This document shows positions 23,771 to 37,276 of a stretch of DNA of 64,000 nucleotides, one piece after another. Numbering within the stretch: the first letter of the stretch is position 1; each line of letters starts with the position of its first letter. The notes beneath the pieces were generated by a model. That model was given only the letters and a program-made list of their open reading frames with translations, made no database searches and was not told the DNA's origin. Location: positions 16,058,001-16,122,000 of the forward strand of contig CP075493.1 in assembly GCA_021613535.1 (NCBI GenBank), read 5' to 3'. Origin of the DNA: Adineta vaga (taxonomy: Eukaryota > Animalia > Rotifera). The position numbers and the translations under genes are program-made.

Positions 23771-26061
23771 TATACTATTTTTCATTTAGCGAAATTACTT
23801 TATTAATAATTCATAGAATCAATTTGTAATCAGGGAAATTTAATAAGTTTCAATTAAGACTTTTGTTTTCATGAATCGGTATTACCATTAGAAGTCGTTT
23901 TGACCTATTGGATATCCAACGGATGATAGCATTCTGCTCATATGTTGCAAGCGTCTAAAATAATTTTCAAATGATATTGAAAAGTAATTACAAGAAGTAG
24001 TTTTAGTATCAAGGTTTCTATAATCTCTAGATTCGAAAGAAAAGACAAGTGTATTCGAGAATTCGTAGTATTTTATCCTACAGTGTTGTTAATTCAAAAT
24101 CAACAATGGTTTCTTTTGGAATATGAAATAAAATTGTGACAGAAATCTTTGAGTAATATTATAATTTAAACAAATTTTTTTCAAGAAGTAACTCTCAACC
24201 ATTTTGACTTACAATGGGAAAAAAGAATATTACTCAAATTTGACTTCCGATAAATTGAATAGTGTCGATGGTAATAGTTGTTGGCCATTTTAAGCAGAAA
24301 AAATTGCTTAACAACGGAATCCTTTCATAGTTGGAATGTGAATCTCATCTGTGATATTTGGCTTCATCATACCAATAGAAAATGTGCAGAAGAAAAACGT
24401 CATGCATGATAATCATTGAGCTGATAAATAGACATGGGGTATATATCCATCATATTTGCCACATGTTTGAATATACTGTCCTGTACACGCATAATCAAAA
24501 TAGTGCGTAAGAGCAGCTAATATTTCGAAGTTAAAATTTGCTCAAAATAAATTACTTTTGTATTAGTAACGCGACAAAAGAATATATAAATCTCTTCCCA
24601 GAATAGAAGCCCGCTGGGTTTCTAATGTATCGGGAAAGTTATAAGTCTAAAGGTGGGTTTATATTAGGGTACTATTTTTTTCTATTTCTATAACGATCTG
24701 TATAAACTTAAAAACAGTCGCAATTACAATTTTGCCACTATCATTTTTTTCTTTACTCATCCACAACTCTTTACTACTATTACATAAAAAAGACTTCAAC
24801 ATACTTTTACAATTATATCTCATTATACGCGTGTTTCTGATTAGGTATACACTAATTCTATAACATCGATGATAAAGATGAATAGTTTTTATAATTAAAC
24901 CACGCAGTGTTCACTAGCTATTCAAGCTATTTAAAGTCAGTATCGATCAAGTTAAACAATAGCATTGGTAAACTTGGAAAGATTAGACGAGAAGGAAAAA
25001 GAGCTGGGCAAGACTTTAAAGAAATCGGAAATTTTCGGCTTTTCACCAATTCTACATAATCCTTTTTTTCTTCCAGTTTACATAGGGCAGTCAATAAGTT
25101 CTCGTAACAGCTATTTAAAATTTTATTCTGAGTAGTTTTATCTTCCATGTTGATCTATTCTAGTAACAACATATGTCGTGTATTGAAATACCAAGACGAT
25201 GTTTTGAAAGCCTTCAGTTAAGACAAGGCGTATTGAAATTTTTTAATGCCACTATTTTCGCATGGATAAACTATGTATCAGTCATGGATAAAAACTTCTT
25301 TGTTTTTAGCCCTAACTACTGCAGAAATTCATAGATTTCCAAATGGGCGAGAGCCGTTGAAAGGTGATCTTCAGAGTGACCATCGAATAACCGCTATCGT
25401 TCAACAAAATATTGATCCTATTAACGACTTGACGATAGAAAATTCGCATATCAGTAGTGCTATACTGCCACCACCTCAGACCTAATAAATTAAATGTATT
25501 GCCACCGAGAACGCTCAAAATGTTTAGTTAATAATGTACTCGAGAAAATATCATCGTGGAAAAACATGCTATAAAAATACATTTCCAAAATGCAAACAAG
25601 TGTGTACATGACTTGATTTTTAATCTTGATCGTCCTTACAAAGAATATTCATACTTATGATTTGTTCACCGTATAGGCCTTACATTGTTCCTTCAAACTT
25701 TTGTTTATTTCGTTATCTCGAATGTACTCTTGACATAAATTTAAATGATGCAAATTTCACTAAGTTAATAACCACGTAACTCAATTCGATAGATATTCAA
25801 GAACACCTAAATGTGATCTAGAAGTGGATTCTAACGAGGAAACTTCCTATAGAACATTGTGAAGACTACTTCAAATACTTACGGTAGAAAGATCAACGCA
25901 ATGTTTTTTCTATGAATAAATATTTGAAATTCCGAGAACTTATTGACTGTCCTATGTAGTTTTCTCATTTTTTCTGATACCGCTGCTTAGCTTGATCGAC
26001 ACTGACTTTAAATAGCATGAATGACTGGTGAAGGCTGGGTGATTTAATTATAAAAAATTAT

Positions 26062-26130
26062 TCTTGAGGGTGTGGATGTGAATCAGACTATACTCTTAAC
26101 CCACACCCACACCCACCCACACCCTCAAGA
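26062..26130 (-). repeat. Telomere-like-repeat hairpin element, best-preserved copy
   Basis: Perfect 14-bp IR TCTTGAGGGTGTGG / CCACACCCTCAAGA around the core AATCAGACTATACTCTTAAC (reverse orientation relative to the 6943 copy). Confidence 0.9.
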
Positions 26131-26587
26131 TGGTTGTTTATCACTATTAAATAATCTTCTTAGTCTTGAATTATTCATTGGTTGTAAACGAATACGTCGT
26201 TATGGAATAGAAAATGATTCGTATATAAAAACATTCCTCAAACTATTATACACGCACCTATTCTTTTTTGCCGTGCCGATTGCTTATATTATCGGATATA
26301 TTCCTTATACTATTGCTTACAATATGAACAAACCTGGCCAAGGATATTATCAATGTGATATTTCAACTATCGAATTTATGGTAAAAATTATATTAGAAGC
26401 ACTACAGGGACTACCGATTGTTCTTACATGGTTAATCTTTGTTTATCCGTCAAGAGTTTATATGACTGAATTTTATATGAACACATGGTCAGGTAAACAA
26501 GTAGCTAAAATGTTAATCTTTCTCAAGCAAAGTTATCTTGTACAAAAGAGGTTATGGACAGATGTGAATGTAAATGCTAGCGAATAG
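26131..26587 (+). pseudogene. 5'-truncated, internally deleted paralog of the 7TM gene at 3351-4586
   Basis: CLSLLNNLLSLELFIGCKRIRR is joined directly to YG...KLLYTHLF...TWLIFVYPSRVYMTEFY; about TM2-TM5 are missing relative to the 411-aa protein. Confidence 0.8.
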
Positions 26588-27699
26588 AATTGTATCTAGT
26601 ATTCTCTCTTCCAAAATGCAATAAAGCAAAATAATAAAAATGATCTTATTCTTTGATTATATTTCGTATAAGATCTATCAAACTAACATTTTATTGATTC
26701 TGAACTTCGTTATTCTCTTTTATACGTTGGCTTTAAGTGTGGATAAAAATTATAACAGTTTATCGTAGTTTAAAACAGTTATTAACATTAATTTATATCG
26801 TATTGAGACTTTGAATTTGCGAATACTTTCCCATTCTCAACATTCGATTGTGATTGAATATTAAATTATAAAATTTGGAATATGTACTAAAGAAAAGAAT
26901 TCTATTTATATTTTCAATGGATTGTAAGCAAAATAAAAACTTCAAACATATCGAATATGAATCATATTTTATTACAAAGTAGATATTGCGACGTTTCTAT
27001 TGCATTAATAAGTAACCGAACATCATCATGATTTGCGCACTTTAGTTTCTTTTCAAGAAAGAAAAAATATACATATTAGTAAAGGCCACGCAGAAATAGT
27101 ATAAAGGTACGAAAAAAGCATCATAAAAGGAAGAAATTTGAATGACGTTATAATACTATTCGAACTTACATATTCACATTAGATTTTAACGGCAATGTTT
27201 TTCATAGTATGTTTTTAGTTGTGACAACTGCACTAGTTAGCAACATCTTTTCATACTATACTCACCTTCGAATATCTCTTTTACTAGTTCAGTTATTCTC
27301 AAAATGTAAGAGAAGCCAATTCTTTGAACACTTACTTTTCTGTTTTAATAGTTTATCCTTGAAGTAATCTGAGTAACACGTTTTATATATTAGAGGGTCA
27401 TATTTATCTTTGGATAACTGTTTCGAACTATAAATTACTAACGAATGTGCAAGAATGAATAGTATCGCAATTAGAGTTAGCGTGGAGGCTAAGTTTTTCA
27501 TTATAATATGAAAATATCCGCACTTTTGTTGCCTAAACATATGAAAGAATAAATGTTTCCAAGAAAACCGATTTTTGATGTCCTTTGACAAAATCATCAC
27601 TATACTGCGTATGTAATATGTCCCTGTCAAATAACAAATAAATGTCTTTCGAAATAAAAAACACTGAAGTATCCGATATTTGTCATTTTAGATAATAAA

Positions 27700-27912
27700 A
27701 TGTCGACATATCTAATTCTTATAATTTTTCTCATCGGTCTAAGTAATGCATCTGCCGCTACTATCTGCAGCTGGAACCAGCAGTTGTGCAATAGACGATG
27801 TTATACACCTGGCCTATCACAATGTATTAATGAAGTAATCTGCAATTGGGATCAGCAGCTATGCAACGGACGATGTTATACACCTGGTCAATCACAATGT
27901 TTAGGAGGATAG
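27700..27912 (+). CDS. Small secreted cysteine-rich peptide with two 25-aa repeats
   Basis: Signal peptide MSTYLILIIFLIGLSNASA. Repeats ICSWNQQLCNRRCYTPGLSQC and ICNWDQQLCNGRCYTPGQSQC (75-bp DNA duplication). Confidence 0.8.
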   Translation: MSTYLILIIFLIGLSNASAATICSWNQQLCNRRCYTPGLSQCINEVICNWDQQLCNGRCYTPGQSQCLGG

Positions 27913-28067
27913 GTGGTAAAATTATGTGTACAACAGATGGCTTCATGTTTAGGTGCAGCTCATCTGACGACTTATTTCTTTTTCTATTTGATAAATATTA
28001 TATTTATTGAAAATCAAATAAACCAGAAGCTGGAAGAAAAAAGAATTGTCAATGTAATACGATGTGT

Positions 28068-31000
28068 TTACCAAACTGTACATTTATTTATTCGACTGTT
28101 ACCTTGACTAGGTTTACATCCGAATACTCGATCGAATTCAACAAAGTTTGATGTCGCCCCAATCACCCTAAAAATTTAGAGACATAGTTATTTGTGTCAA
28201 TAGACTCAAAACAGAAAGCATGTTTCACCTATACATAGCTGGAGAATGAAAGTCCACTTTCATTAAAATTGCTTGAAGTGAATCTCGCACTTTCGAACAC
28301 CACATATGTCCAAAGCTCATAAAGAATAGTTGTTCCGCTGAATACTTTTCCAGACCAGGTAGTTTCTTATCAATATTTGGATTTCCTTGTGCCCATTTTC
28401 GATAAGCCTTATATTAATGAATTTATCATATGAGAATTTCATTAATAAATATTCTTACATAAAAAGATGCTTTTAAACCACCATTATCAGCAATATTTTC
28501 ACCTTGTGTCAATACACCGTCGACCTACATATACAGCAATTATTTGATAGTAGTAAAAGAGGTAAAAAAAGAGACCTGAGCGTTGACTTGTGTCATAGTA
28601 TAATTGCTATATTGATCGATGATACATTGTTTCTTCTGGTCAAATGCAACACTAGTTTCATTAGTCCACCAAGAAAGTCGATTGCCATCTTTATCATAGA
28701 ATCGACCGATGTTGTCGAAACCATGTGTCATCTCATGTGCCATAATCGTTCCAATACCTACGATTGTTATTCAGCGACTACAGATATTTTAGTAATAGAA
28801 AATCCTACTTACCACCAAAGTTGAGATACCTAAAAAGAAATAGATAAGTTTGTATTTTTAAGATTATATGTCTGATATGTTAAAAATTATGGGAAATTTA
28901 TAAACTCATTTTAAGTTAGATAGATAAAGATTTATATGAAGAAACACTAACTTAGGTGCTTCAACATGAAACATAGGCGCTTGGAGAAAACCCGCTAGAA
29001 ATACTAAATACAAAAGAATATTCATGATACATTATTGCAAAATATCAATCGATAGCTTACAGATGGAGTTGTAAGGTGCAATGTAAAAAGCATTGACTGT
29101 TGTTGGTGGATAATCCCATGTTGTGCGACGAGTAGGTTGACGAAGTTTTTCTAGAGATTGTGTGGCAATCAGTCGATGTACAAGGAGAGAATTGTGCATG
29201 TATGATAAATTAAATCTATACTAGAATATTCGAAGCAGAAATTTTTATTAATATAGCAATTAGAATGCCTATCGTCCTCTCAAATTTCTTACATTTATAT
29301 ATTGATTTTCTAACTCTGTTACATTAGCTGAGATGACATATTCAGGATATCCAATACCCTCGAGAATTGCTTGTGCCTAAATAGTCAAGCATTTCTGTTT
29401 TTGTAGGATACATTTTTTAATGTATTATTTACCTTTTCCACAGCTCTCCTTTTTGAAACAGTATCCATCCATGAAGCTTGACTAATCATATCAATAAATT
29501 CATCTCGAACCGTTCGATATAATTCTTGCAACTATAAAATAATAGAATAAAGTGACATCTACTATCAAATAATGTATTCTACTTGAATTCGTGTTTGTTC
29601 ACTAAAATACTTCTCAATGTAAAGTCTTGAGATAGCAAAACCCATTGCATTATTAACAGAAGAACTACATTCAATACTTCGCGCTTGTTCAGTAGATGTT
29701 CCTAACAATAAATTAGTTAACTTTTTCTTTATCACTTGAAATCGTTTTGGCATTGAATCGATCATATTGAATACAAAGCACCAAATAAGGTAGTTTTGTA
29801 CTACACGCGGCGAGTATTGGCTAATGATCATTGATACATTATACAGATAATCCATTTGATTAATACTGACTATATCTGCTTCAGTCAGATTCACACCAAC
29901 TGATTGATATAAACGATGAATGAAATCAGAAAAATCAAACTAAATTACAATCAAGATTTTGAAAGTAATTTGATCAAAATTGAAAATTGTTTTGATTACA
30001 AACGCTAGAATTGACGACTTTTGTCACATTATCTATTGCTATTCGAAAGTTTTCGTTGGCTCGATAAACAAGATCTGTTTGTGTCCAGAAGTACTATGAA
30101 TAAAGAATGAGTAAACTACATGATCATATACAAGCATTAACTTACTTGAGCTATACTTTTTTCTAAAGCAAACATATCAGCAATATCGGTGTCAATATCT
30201 AATGTGATGTTAGTTAATTCAAGCACTATTTCACGCATAACTTCACGATAGACAATTGTGATATTATTTTCAGTTGTGTATACGTCTTTTGTTCGTAGAT
30301 TTAATTTACTTTGATCAATCTTTTGCACAATAAATTTAGAATAACTTAACAGGTAAGATTTACTTACGAAAATGCCGTACGAAGATGAATTGATTGCATC
30401 AATTGATGTCACTATTGTATAGAGTGGATTAAGACCATAGAGAGTTAAACGTAACAATTGATTTGCTAGACTGTAATTGAGACTGCTCCAATCTGATCCT
30501 TTTATAATTGGCCATCCACCGAGTTCCGTGTCGATAAATGAAAGTATAGTTTTCAAACTATCTGTCTCAATTGCTTCTTCATTTATACATGAAGCATATA
30601 GAATGCGAGCATTTAAAATCGATTGTAGTTCATTATTACTCGTCGACGAAGCAGCAAACAGATCTGTAATTAATCTGAATTTAAATAGAAATGTTCCAAA
30701 TTAATCACCTACCAACAAGACGTCGATTTAACTCATTAGCCAAACTTGACAAAATACTGACATCGATCTCTAGTAGACCAAAACTATATAGATTAATTGT
30801 GAAAAGTTGCTAAGAACATTACCATCATCTGGTATGATCGAGCTATTCATCCATTTACCACATGCAAAATCATAGAAATTTTCACATGGATCAACAGACT
30901 CATCAATACTTTGTAGAAGATAATTAGCTAAAGACAAGTATGTACACACATTCGATTGTAAATAATGGAAATTAGTTACCTGCATTGATACAGTATGGAG

Positions 31001-31396
31001 TTGAACAGAAGGTATTGTTGTTATCTGAAGAAAAGGAAAAGATTTGAAAATAAAAGGATCATATCAATATTACCGAATTTTATTGATTCTTTGATATTGT
31101 TTCTCTCGATACCATATAAAACTGCTAAAACAATTATAGTTGCCAACAACAGACAAGAGACAACTCCAAATAGTAGAGTGAGAATCTTCCAAGTGGATGA
31201 ACTCCTGTGAAAGAAATAAATCAGTTAGTCTATATTCCTTACACTACTGACAGTATAAATAATTATATAAACGAACGTTTGTATGAAAAAGTATTATTTA
31301 AAATAAGAAATCTCTTATTAACATTATTTTTTGTAAGTATTTCGTTTCTTTTGCACGAGATATAACATAAAAAAAACATCGATTTGTTCTTACCAT
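28068..31396 (-). CDS. Neprilysin/ECE-like M13 zinc metallopeptidase (type II membrane, many short introns)
   Basis: N-terminal [30 protein letters not shown] zinc motif, [14 protein letters not shown] and terminal CTVW*. Probable ATG-only first exon at 31396-31394. Confidence 0.9.
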
Positions 31397-32478
31397 GTAG
31401 AAAACATACTATGTGTATAATTATGCGCTTCTATTCGTTTGAAGCAAAAACAAAAAGGTATTTATATTACTTTATACAGTTAAGTTCATTATATATATAT
31501 ATAGCTTTCGTTCTTTAGCTATAATTACGCATCTATCATTTAATCACAATGTTTAATTATTTTTGTTGACTGCATGCACTCATATACTTTAGATGCATCA
31601 CTAACGTCATTAAAATACCTTTTTTATCGATTGATTCTTAAATGACGAAAAATCCACGAGAAAAAAAAACATGAGAAAGAGACGCAGGCTTTTGGTCGAT
31701 TGCTTATGCTTGAAGTGTGTTTATAATATAATAATGATGAAAAATGAGTAAACGCTTGTCGATAACGATATATTTAATATTACGATTTTTGTTACATTCA
31801 AAATACCATGTTGTCATCATATAATATCACAGAATTCTTAGCTTATTTGATAAAAATTCTCTTGTTTTCTATCGAAAATAATATATACACAGTTAAATTA
31901 TCAATAATTTGAATATCGTGCAAGTATGACGTTAAGATACTTATTCGGTACTAAGTCATAGAAGAATCAAACTTAATAATAAGAATGAATATTTTCTCAT
32001 TGTGAATATTCTTTTTTAGTTTGATGGTGAGTGTGAAGTGTAGTATTGAGCATGTGGATTTAAATTTGCGTGCTAATATTCCTTCTTCATTTTCTGACTC
32101 ATATGTCATAGGCACATCCTCAATCTAGTCATTTTATAGAAGTGATAATTTTTTATGGAACAGAATCTAAAGGATAATTCGTCCAAGGACATTTTATCTG
32201 GTATCTCTCACCGTCGCGGAATATGATGTATTCTTCATAAGTTTTATTTGAAAACTTTTTCACAACTAAGAATGGCACTTTACTTTTGCTTTACCTTATT
32301 TATCTCAAGAAAAAGTAAAGTAAATGTGCCACCCCTATTTAATAACACAATCATTTGTACTAGTAACTTGAAAAATAAATACGTAAAATAGCGTTATTAC
32401 ATCCATGTCTGCTCAGATACTAAAAATATAAAAGAAAATTTTACAACGATTTATCTATAAAGTCAATTTAAATTTTTC

Positions 32479-32545
32479 ATCTTGAGGATGTGGGTGTAAG
32501 GGTGAGAGTATATCTCTTGTCTTAACCCACAACCATCCACAATAT
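32479..32545 (+). repeat. Telomere-like-repeat hairpin element
   Basis: ATCTTGAGGATGTGGGTGTAAGGGTGAGAGTATATCT...TTAACCCACAACCATCCAC. A further G-rich half copy lies at ~32801-32842. Confidence 0.7.
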
Positions 32546-33079
32546 AAAAAATTATTAATAGCTGACACTTTCAGAGAGAAATGATTTGAGAACTTCAATA
32601 GCAATAATTTTTACATGCAACTATAAGCATTAAAGGAAAGTAAAAAGAATGAAAATATGTGAGCATGTGAGATGAATATGCAAAGGCAGCATGTTGCCAC
32701 ATTCATTATCAAAACATTCTCAGCGAGAAAGAATAACACAACGTTGGAGGTGCACAGCAAGAAGTTCATAGTTACATGGTAACAGAGACGAAGTAAGGAA
32801 GTGAGTTAGTGTGTGAGGGTGAAAGTGTGGGTGAGGGTGCGGAAGGGTTGGATAATCTTATTTGAAACTTAGATCGAAATGTTTCAATTGAAAGAAGAAT
32901 TTTCAATTGAATTCAAGTTTCAAGTTTGACACTACGGCCCAAATATGTTTACATATGTGTATTTTATTTAAAAATCAAAGTAAGGTGAATGAAAAAACGC
33001 AGTTTCATGAACTTTAAAACGCACTAAGTGAACGGTGAGAACTAAAAGCAAAATAAAAGTTCAATGAGAGAACGCAATA

Positions 33080-35552
33080 CTAAGATACATTCAAAAGAAT
33101 GCCCATAGAGTGACTGACAAAATTGGCGACGACGATATCCGACCGATCGTCGTTGTTGAAATCACCAACAGCAATCGCGTTCGGAAAAGAACTAACGCCA
33201 GTTGAATATGTCGTTTGGTTTGGAAAAGCTCCATCACCATCTCCAGTAAGTACACCCACATTAAAACCGTTATAATTGGCGACGGCGATATCCGATCGAT
33301 TGTCGTTGTTAAAATCACCAACGGCGACCGACCACGGGCCAGCTCCAGTTGTAAATGTCTTTTGGCCTGCAAAAGTTCCATTGCCATATCCAAGCCGTAC
33401 ACCTACATTGTCAGAAAAATAATTAGCCATGGCAATATCTAGTCGGTTATCGTTATTGAAATCACCAACGGTGACCGAGTACGGACGATACCCATCTGAA
33501 AATGTAATTTGACTTGCAAAAGTTCCATTACCATATCCAAGAAGTAGACCTACATTGAAAATACCATTCATACTACCATCATTCGCGACGACTATATCCA
33601 GTTGATTGTCGTCGTTGAAATCACCAACGGCGATCGAGCGCGGGCCATTCCCAGCTGGAAATATCCTTTGACTTGCAAAAGTTCCATTGCCATATCCAAG
33701 CAGTACACTCACACTGCTACCGTTATAATTGGCGACGACAATATCGGATCGATTGTCGTTGTTGAAATCACCAACGGCCACCGAGTACGGCTGAGAGCCA
33801 GTAGGAAACATCATTTGATTTGCAAACGTTCCATTGCCATATCCAAGCAGTACACTCACACTGCTACCGTTATAATTGGCGACGACGATATCGGATCGAT
33901 TGTCGTTGTTGAAATCACCAACAGCGACCGAGTACGGCTGAGAGCCAGTAGGGAACAGCGTTTGACTTCGAAAATATCCATTACCAATTCCAAGAAATAC
34001 AGCTACATGGTAAATATAATTAATATAACCAATATTGGCGACGACGATATCCAGTTCATTGTCATTGTCGAAATAACCAACAGCCACTGAGGCCGGATTA
34101 TTGCTGCCACTATAAAACGTTGTTTGGTTTGCAAACATGATCTGGCGCATTTGACCTAGAGAACAAGAAAACAACGAAGTGAAGATTAATCAGCGAGTTT
34201 CTCGTAGTCCCGAAAGGGATCTTCTGAAGATTATGTAGTCATGAGAGGATAGGGGTAATATATGGACGATCCCTTGCTATTCCTGGAGTTGTTGTAGCTG
34301 TTCCTATTACTATTATACCTGCAGTTGTTGCAGTTTCAGTTGTCCCTGATCCTGTTGTTGCAGTTTCAGTTGTCCCTGATTCTGTTGTTGCAGTTGCACT
34401 TTCAGTTGCAGTTGTCCCTGATCCTGTTGTTGTTGCTACAGCTGGTGTGGTTGCAGTTGCAGTTGCACTTGTTGTTACCACAGTTGTAATCGTTTTGGCT
34501 GTCGTTGCTACGGTTGTCGTTGTAGCTTTCGTAGTTATTGTAGTCATCGTTGATGTCAATGTATTTTCTAGTTTAATAATTCATACAAAAATAGAAAATA
34601 ATAGAACAAGACTCAGGGCATAGCATGTTTTTGTTGTTATACATGATAGAATACATCTCTTAAATCTCATTTATTAAAGTCAACCTATCTTCGAAATCTT
34701 TATTTGATATTAGACAAGTATAAGTAGAGAATAGATCTGCTTGGACTTATTGAGATTGTTTGCATATTTCTCATGCAAGTTTTATTAATCGAGAGAGGAC
34801 TTATTTAAAAACAAATTTTTGAAATGAAATATTCCTGAATTATTTCATATTTTCAGATCTTACCTGTGATAAGAACGAAGACTATTCCAATGACAATTAC
34901 TCGGCCGTCATCTAGTCGAATCTTGATCTCGAATTGTACAACTTTTAAAGTTTGTTTTTGAACCTTTTTGATTACCCTTGCTTTACAAGCAGTATTAGAA
35001 CAGGTTCGTGGAAACTTCACCTGAATTTGAACGATGAGTTGCATATATACTGTGCCTATATTTCTTTTGCCTCGTGTATTCATTCTATGCATGACAATAA
35101 AAGTAAACGTGATTATGACTAATAGAAGCGTTTTTTCACCTGTTCATTGTTTGTCGTTTTCGCCGTGACACCATAGGTTTCGGCACGAAATCAGCTGATT
35201 GAACTGCAGCGGATTCATGTGACAATGAATACATATCTTCCAACTACATAAAAAGATATCAAATATGTATAAACATGCAAAGAATTTTACCTGTTTGATC
35301 AGATAACGTTTATCAACCAACAGCAACGAATCGTTTGAATTGATGTCAGTGTCATAAATGACGCGCAAAAGAAAACCATCTACGAACGATAACGAGATGA
35401 ACTACTTTCAAAGAAATATAAAAATTCTTACCGTTGTTGAAGATTTCCATATCGTCACTTTTTCGATACAAAGGAATCAGAGAAATTGAAACTACACCAA
35501 AAAATATGATAAACAAAGTGGTCATGAGGCACCAGAAACGCATGACAGACAT
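33080..35552 (-). CDS. Membrane-anchored protein with Thr-rich mucin-like stalk and C-terminal FG-GAP/VCBS beta-propeller
   Basis: Hydrophobic N-terminal exon (35552-~35432) and several short exons, then a Thr-rich exon (~34568-34320) and an intronless exon 34155-33080 with seven 'VAVGDFNNDNRxDIVVAN...LLGYGNGTF'-type repeats. Confidence 0.8.
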
Positions 35553-36945
35553 TTGCCAGATTTGTCTTAGCAGTGATAGCCTAAAGAGATATATATATAT
35601 ATAGTATTTGAATTATATACAAATTATGAGTGGGTTATTCTTCAATCCCAGAAACTTTTATTATGTGGTTCTAATGGAAACATTCTATTGCCTAAACATA
35701 TTGAACGGAATCTTTCGATTACAGTAATCTAACTTTTCATAATGATAAGCTGTAGTTAATATTGTATGTATATAGTTTTAAGATAGAAAGTTTTCATCGA
35801 TGCAAAAATATAATCTATAATTCCATTCATCAAGAAGTTTAAGTCTATTCCCCTTTATGGCATATGGAGAGAATGAGATAATCTGCTCGAGTAGCAAACA
35901 ATTATTATCCAAACTTTAAAATATTTAGCGATGTTACAGCAAAAGTGCATCTAACTATTCAGGACGCTTTCAATGACAGCGAATATAACTAATTAATAGA
36001 ACTTAAGATATTTTATAGAAACTATGCTTGAACAATTGACAACGTTATTTACGACGGAACTTATCGACGTGATAAAAAGCTTTTGAGCAGACTTGTGCTA
36101 CTAGATAGTGTAATGCTAGGACAAAATGTTGCATATACAAAATTTCGCAGCTCATTTTACGATTCAAGACGAAGTGCTAGTAAACTTTTGATATTAGAAA
36201 GTGTCTGTATGTGGGATGTGGATACTCGACGCACCCTCATCATCATAGATATACATAATCTTCTTACAGAAAATGTCAAGGAAAAAGAGCAGAGACTACA
36301 GAATTATAAGGTACCTATAACACTGATGAATATGATATAGACTTACATTTCCACGATTGCGTGTGGTGTAGCGTGATATTGACCTTGCTAATTCTTCCCA
36401 ATATCAAGCAGTGAAGAGTATCAACATTGAACTGGATTTAATCTAAGACAGAAGATCATTAGAAAGGAACAATAAGAAATACTCAAGCAAAATGAGCTTG
36501 ATCGTCAATATAGAGTAGTGAAAAGAAATGCGAAGAGTGATACTAAACCAGAAACACCATCAAACAAGAACAATACTCGACGACGAAAAATATTGTCCTT
36601 TCGTCACTCTGAAGCACAAAAAATGGAAAATAAATAAGAAGTGAAAATAAGAAGAAATGACACTGGTTTTATCCTGTTGCTCGTTACAGTGTTTATCCAT
36701 GCATCACTAGTACGTATAAGAAATAGAGGAAGTGATACAAGATGAGTGACGTACGATTGTATAAAAAATGTAAACGAATAATGTGAATCGAGACAAGCAT
36801 GACATTGGAAAAATCAATGTGCACATTCAGACTATACCTGCGCAGGTGAGTGGCGTGAAAATAGGCAGAAGAAAAAGAGGAAGTGATAGAAGATGAGTAA
36901 CGTACGATTAGATGAAAAATATGAATGAGATATGTAAGTTATATG

Positions 36946-37008
36946 ACGAGGGTATGGATGTGGATGTCGTGTCTTTTCTTCAGTGATACCCACACCCACC
37001 CATCCTAA
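36946..37008. repeat. Telomere-like-repeat hairpin element (degenerate)
   Basis: GAGGGTATGGATGTGGATGT...ATACCCACACCCACCCATCC. Confidence 0.6.
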
Positions 37009-37276
37009 TACAAAGCCGTCTGATAGAGTTCTATATGATTTGATAATATCTAAGTATATTTTCTTCAGTTGTATTAGTCATCTTGAGTATACAATAGTAA
37101 AAAACAAACGAAAGTACGCGCACCTTTCATTCAAAACTTTCGAAATATCATTATTGATACGATAGTTTATACTAAATTGTTTTATTTCAAAGTTGCAGAT
37201 GAAGCGAACCAATTTGAAACAAATGAATTAGAAAAAACAGATTCAATGCAAAATATAATTTCAATGAACGAAACAT

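Noticed and set aside
23830-24520. Possible decayed minus-strand coding sequence
   Set aside because: Multiple stops and no family assignable by eye.
26072-26130. THTHTHPHP N-terminus of the 171-aa ORF as real protein
   Set aside because: It is a translation of the telomere-like hairpin from a GTG start.
27289-27630. 113-aa ORF with a signal-like segment
   Set aside because: It could be an exon of a small secreted protein, but it stops just before the nearby donor site and has no recognisable homology.
28068-31396. Neprilysin as a fragmented pseudogene
   Set aside because: The fragments are bounded by canonical short introns, and all catalytic motifs and the terminal CxxW are present.
33091-34090. 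Overlapping and antisense ORFs (33602-34090 +, 33215-33442 +, 33091-33402 -)
   Set aside because: Shadows of the repetitive FG-GAP coding strand; the same applies to ORFs inside 40489-42560 and 54336-55393.
36720-36940. ~70-bp imperfect direct repeat pair (36720-36790, 36871-36940)
   Set aside because: Only two diverged copies with no termini or TSD; likely an old local duplication.
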